Shown here in pieces: positions 1 to 12,400 of a DNA stretch of 64,000 nt (position 1 is the stretch's first letter; each line of letters starts with the position of its first letter). Source of the DNA: Mizuhopecten yessoensis (taxonomy: Eukaryota). A program made the position numbers and the translations under genes. The notes below the pieces were generated by a model. The model was not told where the DNA came from, ran no database searches, and saw only the letters and a list, made by a program, of their open reading frames with translations. The DNA is taken from NCBI RefSeq assembly GCF_002113885.1, contig NW_018405386.1, forward strand, positions 1,549,744 to 1,613,743. Reading direction: 5' to 3'.

Positions 1-1006
1 CATCCCAATGCCTCAGAGCGGTCTAGAGGCATACGCTTTCAAATATTTAACACTCAGCTTCACCTTTTTGGACATATCACCTCGGCCCCAGGGGAGCTAG
101 ATCTACACTTTTTAACCAAATGATTCCAAGGTCCCAAAATGTCTTTATGATCTCTTTTCATTATTCAGCATTGTAGGGTTAAACTGTTGAGATCTCAACT
201 GAGACACCATGGATAGATTGAATCCCAAACGCAAATCTTCGTGGTGTTGAAGTGAAAAAGGTGTGGGGTGGGGGCACAAATACCATTTACACATAGACTA
301 TGCAGTCTATTAACCTTTCTTCATCAGTAAAATAATGCATTTTAGGAGATAGTCGGTAGACCGTTGATCTGAGCAGTAATCAGTACTGGTAGCGATAATT
401 ACAGGGATTAGTAGCGGTAGTCGGGAGGGATTAACTGCTGTAATTGGTCCACCTGATATAGAATTAAACACATAAAGAGTTACTTACCATCCTTCTCACA
501 TTGGAATAAATAAAAATATATCATATCTTAATGTATTTCTATACCATTTAAAACAGGATTTATATGCAATTGTTCAGAACGCGCTCAAATAATTCCCTTT
601 AAAATGACTGAGAGTTACAATACTGTTGTAGTATGACATTTAATGTTATAAATTCTGCACACCTGTATAGGAAGATTTTATTTTCTATAAAAACTGTACG
701 ATTTTTCTAAAAGTGCTGTTGTTGTTTCAAACACGGAAGTGGCCAACTGTGCGCTGATGTGTAATCAAAGCTCCCCTAACCCCTGATTGGCCTTATAGTT
801 TAGTTTTTGTCGTGAGTGGTCTGTAGATTGTTACGTGTACCAACACTACACTTTATCTACATGTTCTACAGCTCTGATCGGAGAGTGCTACTTTGGCAGT
901 TGTATTCTGATATCGGAGGTATCTACTGTGATAGGTCACCTCTGATTGGATACTCCATGTTAAAGGTGGTCGTTTTCTGATCGAAAGTGTGTATGGGAGT
1001 GGGACA

Positions 1007-1485
1007 TAGAGAGTGATAGAGATAGTGGGAGAGATTGAGTGAGTGTGGGAGAGTGAGTGAGTGAGTGAGTGAGTGAGGGAGGGAGGGTGGGAGTGAATGG
1101 GAGAGAGAGAGAGAGTGAATGGGAGAGAGTGGGAGAGAGAGAGTGAATGGGAAAGAGAGAGTGAATGGGAGAGAGTGAGTGAATGGGAGAGAGTGGGAGA
1201 GAGTGGGAGAGAGAGAGTGAATGGGAGAGAGTGGGAGAGTGAATGGGAGAGAGAGAGTGAATGGGAGAGAGTGTGAGAGAGAGAGTGAATGGGAGAGAGT
1301 GTGAGAGAGAGAGTGAATGAGAGAGAGTGGGAGAGAGAGAGAGAGTGAATGGGAGAGAGAGAGTGAATGGGAGAGAGAGAGTGAATGGGAGAGTGGGAGA
1401 GAGAGAGAGTGAATGGGAGAGAGAGTGAATGGGAGAGAGTGGGAGAGAGAGAGAGTAAATGGGAGAGAGAGAGTGAATGGGAGGG
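1007..1485. repeat. Purine-rich (GA)n / GAGTGAATGG simple repeat
   Basis: Directly visible GA-rich tract; explains the spurious ORFs 853..1512 and 923..1495. Confidence 0.95.
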
Positions 1486-1796
1486 TTGGTAACACCTTAA
1501 TTGTGGGGACATTTGTCCAACAAAAAAACGTGTTGTGGGGACATGGTCTGGCTATGGGGACATTTTCATGTCCCCATACTTACGGTATGCTTAAAATGTC
1601 CCCTGAAGTACAGTATCCACTCTCAACCATTTAACTCGATGTCCCCACAACGATTTGAGAGTTGACTCTCAAGTCCATGAATTGCATGAAATCCATACAA
1701 GCCGTCTTCATTCTATTACGAAGGCGTTCATTGGTAAATCAAATACCTGAAGAACCAATATGATCATTGCTTTCATACACATAGTCAAACGATACA

Positions 1797-2068
1797 CATA
1801 GTCCCTAGAAGATCGAATGTAAACGTATTTTCCCCACAAATGCGGCTTCGGGTTTGATTGAGAGATGAGAGTTTGATAGTCCCTAGAAGATCGAATGTAA
1901 ACGTATTGTCCCCACAAATGCGGCTTCAGGTTTGATTGAGAGATGAGAGTTTGAAAGTCCCTAGAAGATCGGATGTAAACGTATTGTCCCCACAAATGCG
2001 GCTTCAAGTTTTATTGAGAGATGAGAGTTTGAAAGTCCCTAGAAGATCGGATGTAAACGTATTGTCCC
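1797..2068. repeat. 78-bp tandem repeat (about 3.5 copies) running into an assembly gap
   Basis: AGTCCCTAGAAGATCGRATGTAAACGTATTGTCCCCACAAATGCGGCTTC.. recurs every 78 bp; NNNNN at 2069-2073. Confidence 0.9.
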
Positions 2069-2073
2069 NNNNN
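2069..2073. other. Assembly gap (N run)
   Basis: nnnnn; a single n also occurs at 40486. Confidence 0.99.
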
Positions 2074-2627
2074 AGAAAAAAGGATTTTCTGAAAAAATAC
2101 CTTAAACTCCCATAATTCATTTATTCAAATGCATGTAATTGGATTTCTCGTTTTATAAAGGTACTAATGAATCGTTCATTAAAAAAGACATACATTTTCT
2201 ATTTGAACTTCTCAATGGGCACATTTTAGTTTTACTTTCCTGTAGTGAAACAACATTTTAAGACAAAGATATATTTGTTTCCTTCTATCGTATTTAGGCT
2301 TTTAGAACCCTTTGGGCCAAATTTTAGCCATTACTCTCCAAATAGTATATGGGGAATGACATATATATTTATATTATAATAGAACAGGATTTAATTCAGA
2401 AATAAAGGTATTTTTTGCACTCGCTCTTCAGTTAACGTATACTTAAGTTATTGAAGCGTGATGAAACCGGATCCACAACATCTAGATTGAGACACTTTTA
2501 AACACGTATATAGACTGATTAATCGTCTGACAGTGATGACAGATTGTATCGAAACGAAACGAGTTAAATAACTTCTTTGTTTTAAATACTTGACACTAGT
2601 TTGGAGGTCGCGGCGATATCCGTCAGT

Positions 2628-5600
2628 ATGCTGTTAACATCAAGTATACTCCTCGTTCTGTTGAACATCATATTCTGTTCAGCTGAAATATTAGAAAACA
2701 AACGCAGTAAGTATCTTGTGGTGTATCATTACTTATTTGATCAATTTTTCTATTTCATCACTTTAACATTTTATTCTCCTCTCCATGTTTAGCATTTTTG
2801 TCTCTAATATGTTTTGACTATTTCTTTTTTTTTTATGTTTGTTCCGATTCTGAAACAAATCCTCCTCGGACACGATATTCTGATTTCCTTTACATAAATG
2901 CAGATTTATTGATGCTGTGCTTTGTGTCTTCTTTTGTGAACAGAGGCAGATGAGCTGGATTTGATCGTGTCCATAGCTTTCCACGAGAAGATCGTACGAG
3001 AGGCTCCTGCCTTGAAGGAACTGGTAGAGAAACAAGCCGTAGAATGTGAAGCCAAACTGAACCTCACGTTTAAAGCATGTGAAAGCTGCAGAGCCAGGTA
3101 AGGTTCCATACCAATTAAAATGTGAATGTGGTTACTCTCATGTTTATGTTAAAATGATATTTGGATATCTTAAAATCGTTTATTATGATATCAACATCGA
3201 ATGCTCATCCGTCAAAGAGATATGTCGGGTTGCTATGCCTATTTCCCCAAAGCTGTGTCACGCTAGTGCGCGCATCCAACCGTGCACTGTTATGACGCCT
3301 CCTCAGGTATTTTTTTTTATGCATGTAGCAATATCGGAATTCCATGTCTAAGAATAGATTATTGTAAACAGACCACATATTTGGTATTTCGGCATTATTT
3401 GTTGGTGTTTAAGCACAATTAATAAATTTCATCAAAAATAGTGTCTTACCTACAAAGCGTAGCTGTACTGTACACGTGTACAGGGATTTGTTGACATGCT
3501 TCGATAGAAGTATCAAACCCAAGAGTCCAAGGTAATTTTGAAAAGTTGAAAATATACTCTAAAGGCTCTAAAAGCCCTTTAATTTACGTTAAGCATTTAA
3601 GCTTCGCAATGAGTACGGCACCTCCTTATAAAACGGCACAATATTTATAATAAGGTAATAATTGTTTGGGTTTTTTTTGTTTTTTGTTTTGTTCAAATTG
3701 TTTGTGTGAAAACTTTCTTTTAGGTATGAAATTATACCTCAACCAAACAAGGGCGGTCTTGACCAGCTGCTTTTACAGATATTACCGACAAGTTTGGGTG
3801 GATTAGCACTAGGTGGTGTAACTGGAAAACCGTTAGGAACACTTGTTGAGAAAACCATTCCAAGTGTAGTGAAAGATGTCGGCAGTAACCTTGAAACATT
3901 CTTCAAGGGCACGATTCCAAGGGTGGGAAAGGATATTAAGAAGCAGTTAGGGAAATTCTTCACCAAAACACTCCCTGGAACAGGGAAAACTGTTGTAAGT
4001 CATCTTGAAACCTTCTTTAAGAAGACAATACCGAAAACCGGAAAAAATGTAGGAGGCCATTTAGATACATTCTTCACAGAATCTATTCCGAAAGTGGGAA
4101 AGGATGTTGGTGGCCATCTGGAAACATTTTTCAAGAAAACACTCCCAAGCACAGGAAAAGATGTCGGAAACCATCTTCATACGTTCTTTAAGAAGTCGAT
4201 GCCAAAAGCCGGAAAGAAAGTTAAACATTTCTTCACGAATGCGATCCCTGAAGCCGGAAAGGAAGTTAAACATTTCTTTAAAAATACTATTCCAGGTAAA
4301 TAAATTTACATAGGAGTCAGAGGTATTATCAGTTTTATTGGTGAAGGTTAAAAGTTGGCTTTCATGATGAATTTACCGTTTTGTCTATGAAAATGATGAA
4401 GTGAAGCACCTGAAATATTTCATGAAACCTTTTTAGACTTTCCTTAAAAAAACTTTTAAGTTTTAGATACAAGTAAGATTTTATTTGAACTTAATAGCAC
4501 TCTCTGAAATTAAGCTCTTTTTATCAATTTACCTAACCATGATGGTACTATTGATTTTTGTGTGTGTGTCTTACTTTTCACAAGAAATTTTGATTTTCAT
4601 ATTCTCAAAAAAGTAGTACTAAAAAAAGTGGACCAGACAGAAGTCTCATATTGTTGCAAAAAATGTTACAATCAAATATTGAATGGCAAACCTTACTGAA
4701 TGAAGACGGTAGTTTCCATTCTATACATATTGTATATATATGTATCATTTATGAAAAATACATCGGAAGCAAATAAAGTATATGTAGTTTTTATATTCAG
4801 AGATTTTGCATTAATAATCATAAAAGTTTAAGTTTGTTATTGCAATTATAACATCAGAAAAGAATGTGTCCAACCTTCTGTTTAGCGGTTACAACTTGCT
4901 GTGCAAGCTTGTATTTTAAATTGTATAGTGTAATTTTTGATAGGTCTGTTTAATGGGAGACGCAGGCGACAAGCATCTCAGTGTCCCGACTGTGATAAGA
5001 TAAACACTGACACTATGACGTCAAGTGATGTGACGCGTACAGGTGAGTTGATATAAGTATTTATTCCTGAGATTACTGATAACGCCCTATTGAGTCGAGT
5101 GTTCAGAGAGACAACGCCAAAAAAAAGAAAGGAAGGAAGAAAAGAATAGACAGAGGACCAAAGTATTGCAATTGGGAGAGCAGATCAAATTTCGGTTTCT
5201 TCAATATCAAATAAGCAGAACATATAAACAAAATTGTAAAAAATCCGGATAAGCAGGGGTCCGAAGTTTGGTTTATGGGTTTATTTTGTTTAAGGTTCTA
5301 TTAACAGCTAAGGTCATTTAAGGACGTGGTTCCCACGTTAGTTGCCTCATACGTACAAGAGTGGTATACTACCCGTGTACGATTTACTACTGTAAATAAC
5401 TTTAAGAATGGGATATATTTTTTAATTGCAAAATTGTTTATTGAGTGCTATTCTTAGAAACACAAAATTTAGATCAGTACTGTTCTACATGCTGTTATGT
5501 GCGAAATTAGGTTAAATTTATAATGTCAGTTAAAAACAAGAAAAGAACTATTGTTTCTGCTAGAAGTGCTCTTCTAATCAGAAATTTATCAAAGTTTGCT

Positions 5601-7883
5601 GTGTCCAAGAAGATACTGATACACAGTTATTTGCTTAAATATGTATTCTATTATTATAGTTTACTTCTATTACTAGGTCTGTGTTGCTGCTGCTGGACTA
5701 TAGGTCCCCGAAGGCACCATACAACTAGTTGTCAATTTATCGACATAATTCGTCGCAATAACATTTTAATTCTGTCAAAATTTCTTAATCATTTTACCGT
5801 AAGGATTTAGCAACAGTTCATTACGTTTTACATTTAGGTGGGGTTTTTTTTCAATCTTTAAACGTGAACATTTTGACTTCCTGCATATGTGAGATTTAGA
5901 TAACAGAAACATGGATGCATTAAAATGATATTTTTGTCTGTGTGTTATTACTGTTATGCAGCGTTTTTAATGTCTTTTATATCATTTTTGCAATGTAAAT
6001 TACTTTGATTTTTTATAAATCTGAGTCATCAGTCAAAATAGCAAAAACATGGGAATATGCTTCATTTTATTGAAATAACAGGTAATTTGTTAGCTATATA
6101 CTTCATATCTTTCATGAATATTTTAAAGTTTCTTCTATTTCCCATGAAAGCTAGTAAATCCGTTTTATATTAGAAAAAGATATTAATAACTTGTGTTATG
6201 TTGTTTTTTTGGAAGTATGCGGACAAGCTTATGTGAACAACGTCGCACAATACAGGAAGATGGCGATCATAAACCAATTAATCCACGTCGACAAAAAACC
6301 CGTGATTACCAAGGTAAGTTATGGCCCAAATGTGAATATATTATTTGAGTTTAAAATGTAAATGCTGCATGTACAATTTGTCATAAGCTGTGTATACGCT
6401 GTACAGGGGCAACATCCCAACGATAGAGTATTTTAAATATATCATATATGTGAACCACGTAATTAGCGATAAAGTTAAGTATTTGACGACAAGTCCTATG
6501 CTGTTTTTTCTTCAAACATCTTTTGACAATAATGAACGGTTGTTAAAGATTCATTAGATAATGTATCGTTAATTTAAAAAAAAAAATCTTTCAATTGTGT
6601 TTACAAAAAATATTTGTGTTTTGGTTTTATCTCATAGTGATTATTTCTTTATATCTGCACGTGTAGTGTTTGTTTTATTTTGCTTTACTTAAGTTTGAGA
6701 ACTTTTCTAAATCTTTATTAACTTTAGGATGTTTAGGGTTTGAAATTTCTTTTATGCGGTCAGACTTCTTTTTATTATTTCTTTGTGAAAAAATTTCCCA
6801 ATGAGTCTTTAGTATTTTTCATTATGCATTTTTAAAATTTGTCTTTAAATTTCGAAGAAATTACTTGCCTTTTTACAAACGCAAAGTTGTATAGTGATTG
6901 CCTCAAGTCTTTCGGATTAACGTACGATTAACAGGTGAACTCGAATAATCTATTTCAATATTACAGTTACTAAGAATATTCTCTATCAATATTTATGTTA
7001 CTATGAATATTCTCTGTATCAATATTAAAGTTACTACGAATATTCTCTGTTTCAATATCACAGTTATGACGGATATTCGCAGAATCAACAATTCATTAAT
7101 TATTAGTATTTTACTTTATATTATTAATTAATTATATTATTAAAAGGAAAACTTAAAAAGTACAATACAATTACTACGAAGACGCTTTTGTTTGTTTATC
7201 ATTAAGTCATATTTATATTCAGTTATTATGATATTTTAAGAATACCGTAGAGACTATTTCATTTTTGACGAACATTTCCTATATCTACAATGTTCAACAT
7301 AACAGGATGACGAATATGCCATATACATGTATAAGTACATCATGCGTAACGATTATTTTTTCTTTATATCAATGAACATATGCTAATACCTAAAATTATA
7401 TTTCTATCCAAGTGTCTGCTACATATTACAATATGTCTATGTGTCTGGAATTTCTACCACACGTATGCATACTGTCCTATGTATTGCAGTTAACATAAGT
7501 GTCAGCTGTGTCAGTATATGATGCATAATGATTTCTATTCTTTATATCAATGAACATATGCTAATAGCTAAAATAGAATGTCTTTCAAAGTGTCTGCTAC
7601 ATATTGCAATATGTCAAAGTGTCTGGAATTTCTACCACACGTATGTATACTGTCCTATGTATTGCAGTTGACATAAGTGTCAGTTCTATTTCAGGTGACG
7701 TTCATGAGGAAAGATGCTGTCAATAAACTGCTAGAAGGTGTAGCTTCAGCATCACCCTTCGCTGTCACTTACACGGACGGAACAACCTCAGAAATTCTCA
7801 AATCTGACAGCACTCTCGATCTTCTGAATCCTAACCAGGCTTTGGGAGAAGAACTAGCTAAAGAAATATGGGACATGATATAA
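2628..7883 (+). CDS. Paralog A: secreted, furin-site-containing protein with cationic 19-aa amphipathic repeats (396 aa, 6 coding exons, unknown family)
   Basis: join(2628..2706,2944..3097,3724..4295,4944..5042,6216..6313,7695..7883), all AG/GT-flanked, 1191 nt in frame. Signal peptide MLLTSSILLVLLNIIFCSA; exon2 ECEAKLNLTFKACESC; exon3 TFFKKTIPKTGKNVGGHLD repeats; exon4 GLFNGRRRRQASQCPDCD; exon5 VCGQ..PVITK; exon6 VTF..LGEELAKEIWDMI*. AATAAA at 8113. Confidence 0.9.
7343..7683. repeat. About 178-bp tandem duplication in the last intron of paralog A
   Basis: TCTTTATATCAATGAACATATGCTAATA at 7361 and 7539; GTGTCTGGAATTTCTACCACACG at 7441 and 7619. Confidence 0.85.
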
Positions 7884-9438
7884 ACATCATTTACACTTGT
7901 TTAGACTATAAGTAATGCAGCAATTACATTTTACATTGTATTTCGCAATACAATTATATGTCATGTATGCATGCATTGTTACTGTTTGACCTCATTTCCA
8001 CTCGTAAGTGTGTTCATATTCCCCATACAGTAGAATTCTCTTTAATGATCAGAATATTAACTATGTAAATTTTCTAAATTAGCATATTTTGCATTTCTAA
8101 ATATTAGTTCTTAATAAAGTAATGACTAACTGTTGTGTTTGTTGAAGCCATATGCGTTGCAGTAACAGCGGTTTAAGACATTTTAATGAAGACATGTTCA
8201 TTAAAAATTAACAAAAGTTTAAAAATACATATAAAAGTCAAAACTAAATACCACAAACCGCTTTTTGAATTAAAGACGTAATTTTACGCAACAGGCTAGG
8301 ACAAAACTATTTATAAAACTTATTGAGTGGGAAGCACATATGTATATGTTCTGTATGTCGCACAATTATCTTTGATCGGAAGCACGCAAATATTGTTATT
8401 TCATATTCATACAGTTTTATTCTTTAAATAATTCAATTTCATGCTAATTTCTACGATAACCTTTTGCTAAATTGACATTAATTTTCTTGTGCTTGAATAT
8501 AATTTATCTGTTTAAACACATGGTTTTTTTTTGTAGAACGATGAAAATTAAAAATTAAATAAAAAAACAAAATTTCAATCTAATTTCAATAAAATTTAAC
8601 ATATGTTTTGTAATTGATGTATGTAATATTAATAAAGGTGTACTTAACTTCGGTTTTACGGTAGATAGAGCTTTTGAATATTCCTACAGGTGAATGAACT
8701 TGACAACAATATATAGGAATGCCGATGTGCTTTAAACGACACATTTGCAAGGATATAAATTCATGAAAAGAACACAACTTCATATATAAATTTGTTATAA
8801 TGGCAAAAAAACTCGAAACACAAACATTTTAGCCGGACAAAAGGTGGAAGTATGGCAATGGTTTAGGTTTAAACAACATTATTTAATATATTTGAATAGA
8901 TATGCGCGAGCGATTTGAAATCGTTATCGAATTAACTCGAATATATGCATCCGCCTAAACGAAATGATTTGTAGTTTGTTTTGTCATCAACATAAATCGA
9001 ATAATGTAATGACTCGCTACTATTACCGATAAAATTAATAAATATGCTGATGTTCCACTTGTGAACCAATATTCATCAACTAAGGAACAAGACATAAAAC
9101 GCAATACAATTACATTAAACATAGCAATCAGAGGTGTTGATGTCACGTTGACGTGTATTACATACTAAATGTCTTGTCTCCCAATAAGTGAAGAAGACGT
9201 TCTAACAGCCATTGCACCAACAGGTATATGATTCGACAGTGTGCATTTCATATGTGTACACTCTTACAATTTTAAACCAGGTAAACACCACAACTACATT
9301 AATCATGGCAATCAAAAGTGTTCCCAAAAACTAGATGTCACGTTTGCATATATATTGTATTCATTAATACGAATTATCTTGTCTCCAATTATATTGTCTT
9401 CCATCTCCCAATGTCGTGGCGTTACCGTATCAGGACGG

Positions 9439-12400
9439 ATGGTCATCATGTTCTTACTATTATGGGTTAGCGTCTTGCTATTGAACTGTTTTGGCTCAGC
9501 TGTGAACCACCAACAAAGTGAGTACACAAATATTGATGATCATACATTACGAGATTTCGAACAGCCTGTTGGTGAGTTATAGAGCTGTTTGAAATATAAG
9601 GTGTTCAATTATCGTGAGAAATGGTACCGATCTATGCATGTGAAAACATCTAAAAAGGTAAAGTGATATTTGTAATTAAGAAATGTCACATAAGAGATTT
9701 TGAAATGAATAAATTTACACAACAAATTAAACATTTAACGTTAAAAGCAATGACTGTTTATTGATGCTGGTATTGTAATTTTACTTAGCAAGAACAATGG
9801 TGTCATTTGCTGGATAACGACTGGATCTAAATGAAATGGTACTATATTTCATTACTGCTAATTGTGATTTGGCCTTATCCACTTTTTAACCAGTAACCCG
9901 CCCCTCCCTCCTCCCCCCCTCCTCCCCCGTGAAATTACCAGGTGAAAGCATATTGCTTAATTTCACTGAAATTTGGTTAAAAAAAAAGTTAAGTGATAGG
10001 GCCAAAAATGTACATATGTATATTGTTAGCTTATATGCATAATGACGCGTCAAACAAACTCGTTATATAGTATAAAAGACTTTAATTTTCAGCTTATACA
10101 GATATATTTATTCTTGTATTCAGCATGACGCAAAGCTGTCCAAATTTGCAGTAATAACAGACTATATATCATGTCTCACTTTGATAGTTAAACACGAAAG
10201 TTAGAGACCCCGTCAATCATCACCAGAATTTTACACTGGACTCCAACAAGGGGACAGACTTCCATAAGACTTCCGTTGGTGTAATTTATTGCAAAGTTAT
10301 CATCATAAACCTTTCTTTTCTGTGTTAATATAAGCGTGAAAAGTGAAAACCCTACCAGTTATTGAAATTATGAAATCTGTTTCTATGTCTAAAATGTAAT
10401 TTCAGGAGATAATCTTTTGCTTGATTTCTTTTAAATATTTACATTTAAAGCACAGTCATATTGGAAATTCAACACACACATAGACAAACAAAAACTACAA
10501 GAGAATACTGAAATGTCAACAAAATTGTAATTCTAATTCCAAATGGATAAAATTAGGACAAAAAATGAACAGGAAAAATAAAAATAAATGCATTGAGTCT
10601 TTTAAAAACGAACAAGGAGAATAAGACCAGGTGTTCCGGAACGATAAGCGTCCTCTAATTCATAACAACATGCAAATCTAGGTCAAATTTGAGTAAAGTC
10701 ATGTCCTCATAGCGAGAACTAGGGGTTGACACTAAGGAAACATAAACAAATTATTGTCACAAATCTTTATTTACATGTTAGTTATTTAGTGTCACTCTCC
10801 TAGTTCTCGCTTCATCAGTTTAGCTAAGTTTTTTTTGAACACCACCTTTTAAACTAAATATGCACATGAACCATGATTTCGCACTGCCCATCATCTGTCA
10901 GGTGATATTTTATGGAAAATGTAATGTAATGCTTTAATTGACGATCTCTAATTGTAAGCTATCGCTATCTGAGAAATTAGTTTGGGAATGTCTAGCACAT
11001 TTTCTCTTGACAAGTAACTATCTTTTTTGTCCTAACCCTGGTTATGTCAGGTGATTGGGACTAGTGCTCAGTGCCACCATTGTGTATGCAACTACACTGT
11101 CGTAAGAGGAAGCTGCGACAGGGGTTAACTTTGTTGCTTCCGGCATTATATACACACAGTTAAAGGTATTAAATACCATAAAGTGGTAATAAACCATGGA
11201 TACCAATACTCATTCACAAACCCTTGTCAATATAGATAATAAAAAAATATTTTCATTTCGGCTTAAAAATAAAAGATTATTTATTAGTTATTTTTGTAGT
11301 AATAAAAAATTGTTTAAATGGAACATCTGTTTTTTTTGCAACATTAATCATTTACAGATTAACAAAACTCATATTTAGATAAAAAAAAAGAAGCTTGTAT
11401 AGATCAACAGTCTTTATTTACAGATCAACAAGGTCTGCGACAAGGGGTAAACTTTGTTGCTTCCGGCATTGTATACACACAGTTAAAGGTATTAAATACC
11501 ATAAAGTGGTAATAAACCATGGATACCAATACTCATTTACAGACCCTTGTCAATATAGATAATAAAAAATATTTTCATTTCGGCTTAAAAATAAAAAAAA
11601 ATGTTTAAATGGAACATCTGTTTTTTTGCAACATTAATCATTTACAGATTAACAATACTCGTATTTAGATAAAAAAAAAAAATAAGCTTGTATAGATCAA
11701 CAGTCTTTATCTACAGATCAACAATGCTCATATATAGATTAAAATTAATCTTTTATATATCAACTGTCCTCATTAATAGATCAACAATGCTCATATAGAG
11801 ATCAGAAATAATCTTTTATAGATCAACATTTCCAATTTACAGATCAACAATACTCAAATTCAGATCAGAAATAATCTTTTATAGGTCAACAGTACTCATT
11901 AACAGATCAACAATGCTCATATTTAGATCAGAAATAATCTTTTATAGGTCAACAGTACTCATTAACAGATCAACAATGCTCATATTTAGATCAGAAATAA
12001 TATTTTATAGGTCAACAGTACTCATTACAGATAAATGCCAAGATTAACACCTAAATTATTCTGAATAAATACACTAATGATTTGACACACTCATGATATA
12101 AAAACCTACATAGAAAAGGCACATTCATAAAATAGCGAAATGTCTCATCACGAAAAGCGCTACAATTAATATACCGCTAAAACATACACGTTAACAGTAA
12201 CTATTTGCAGACAATTAATAACATATACAAACAAGAAAGATGTTTTGGTATCTGAAAATACAAATTTTGATATTTACAGAAGCGAAAGAGCTCAATGAGA
12301 TAGTGACACGAATTTACCGTGATAGGATCTTACGAGAATTCTACACTTATAAGGATCTTGTAAAACAACAAGAATTGGAATGTGAAACAAAAGTAAACGA

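Noticed and set aside
853-1512. His/Ser/Leu-rich ORFs
   Set aside because: Translation of the GA-rich simple repeat.
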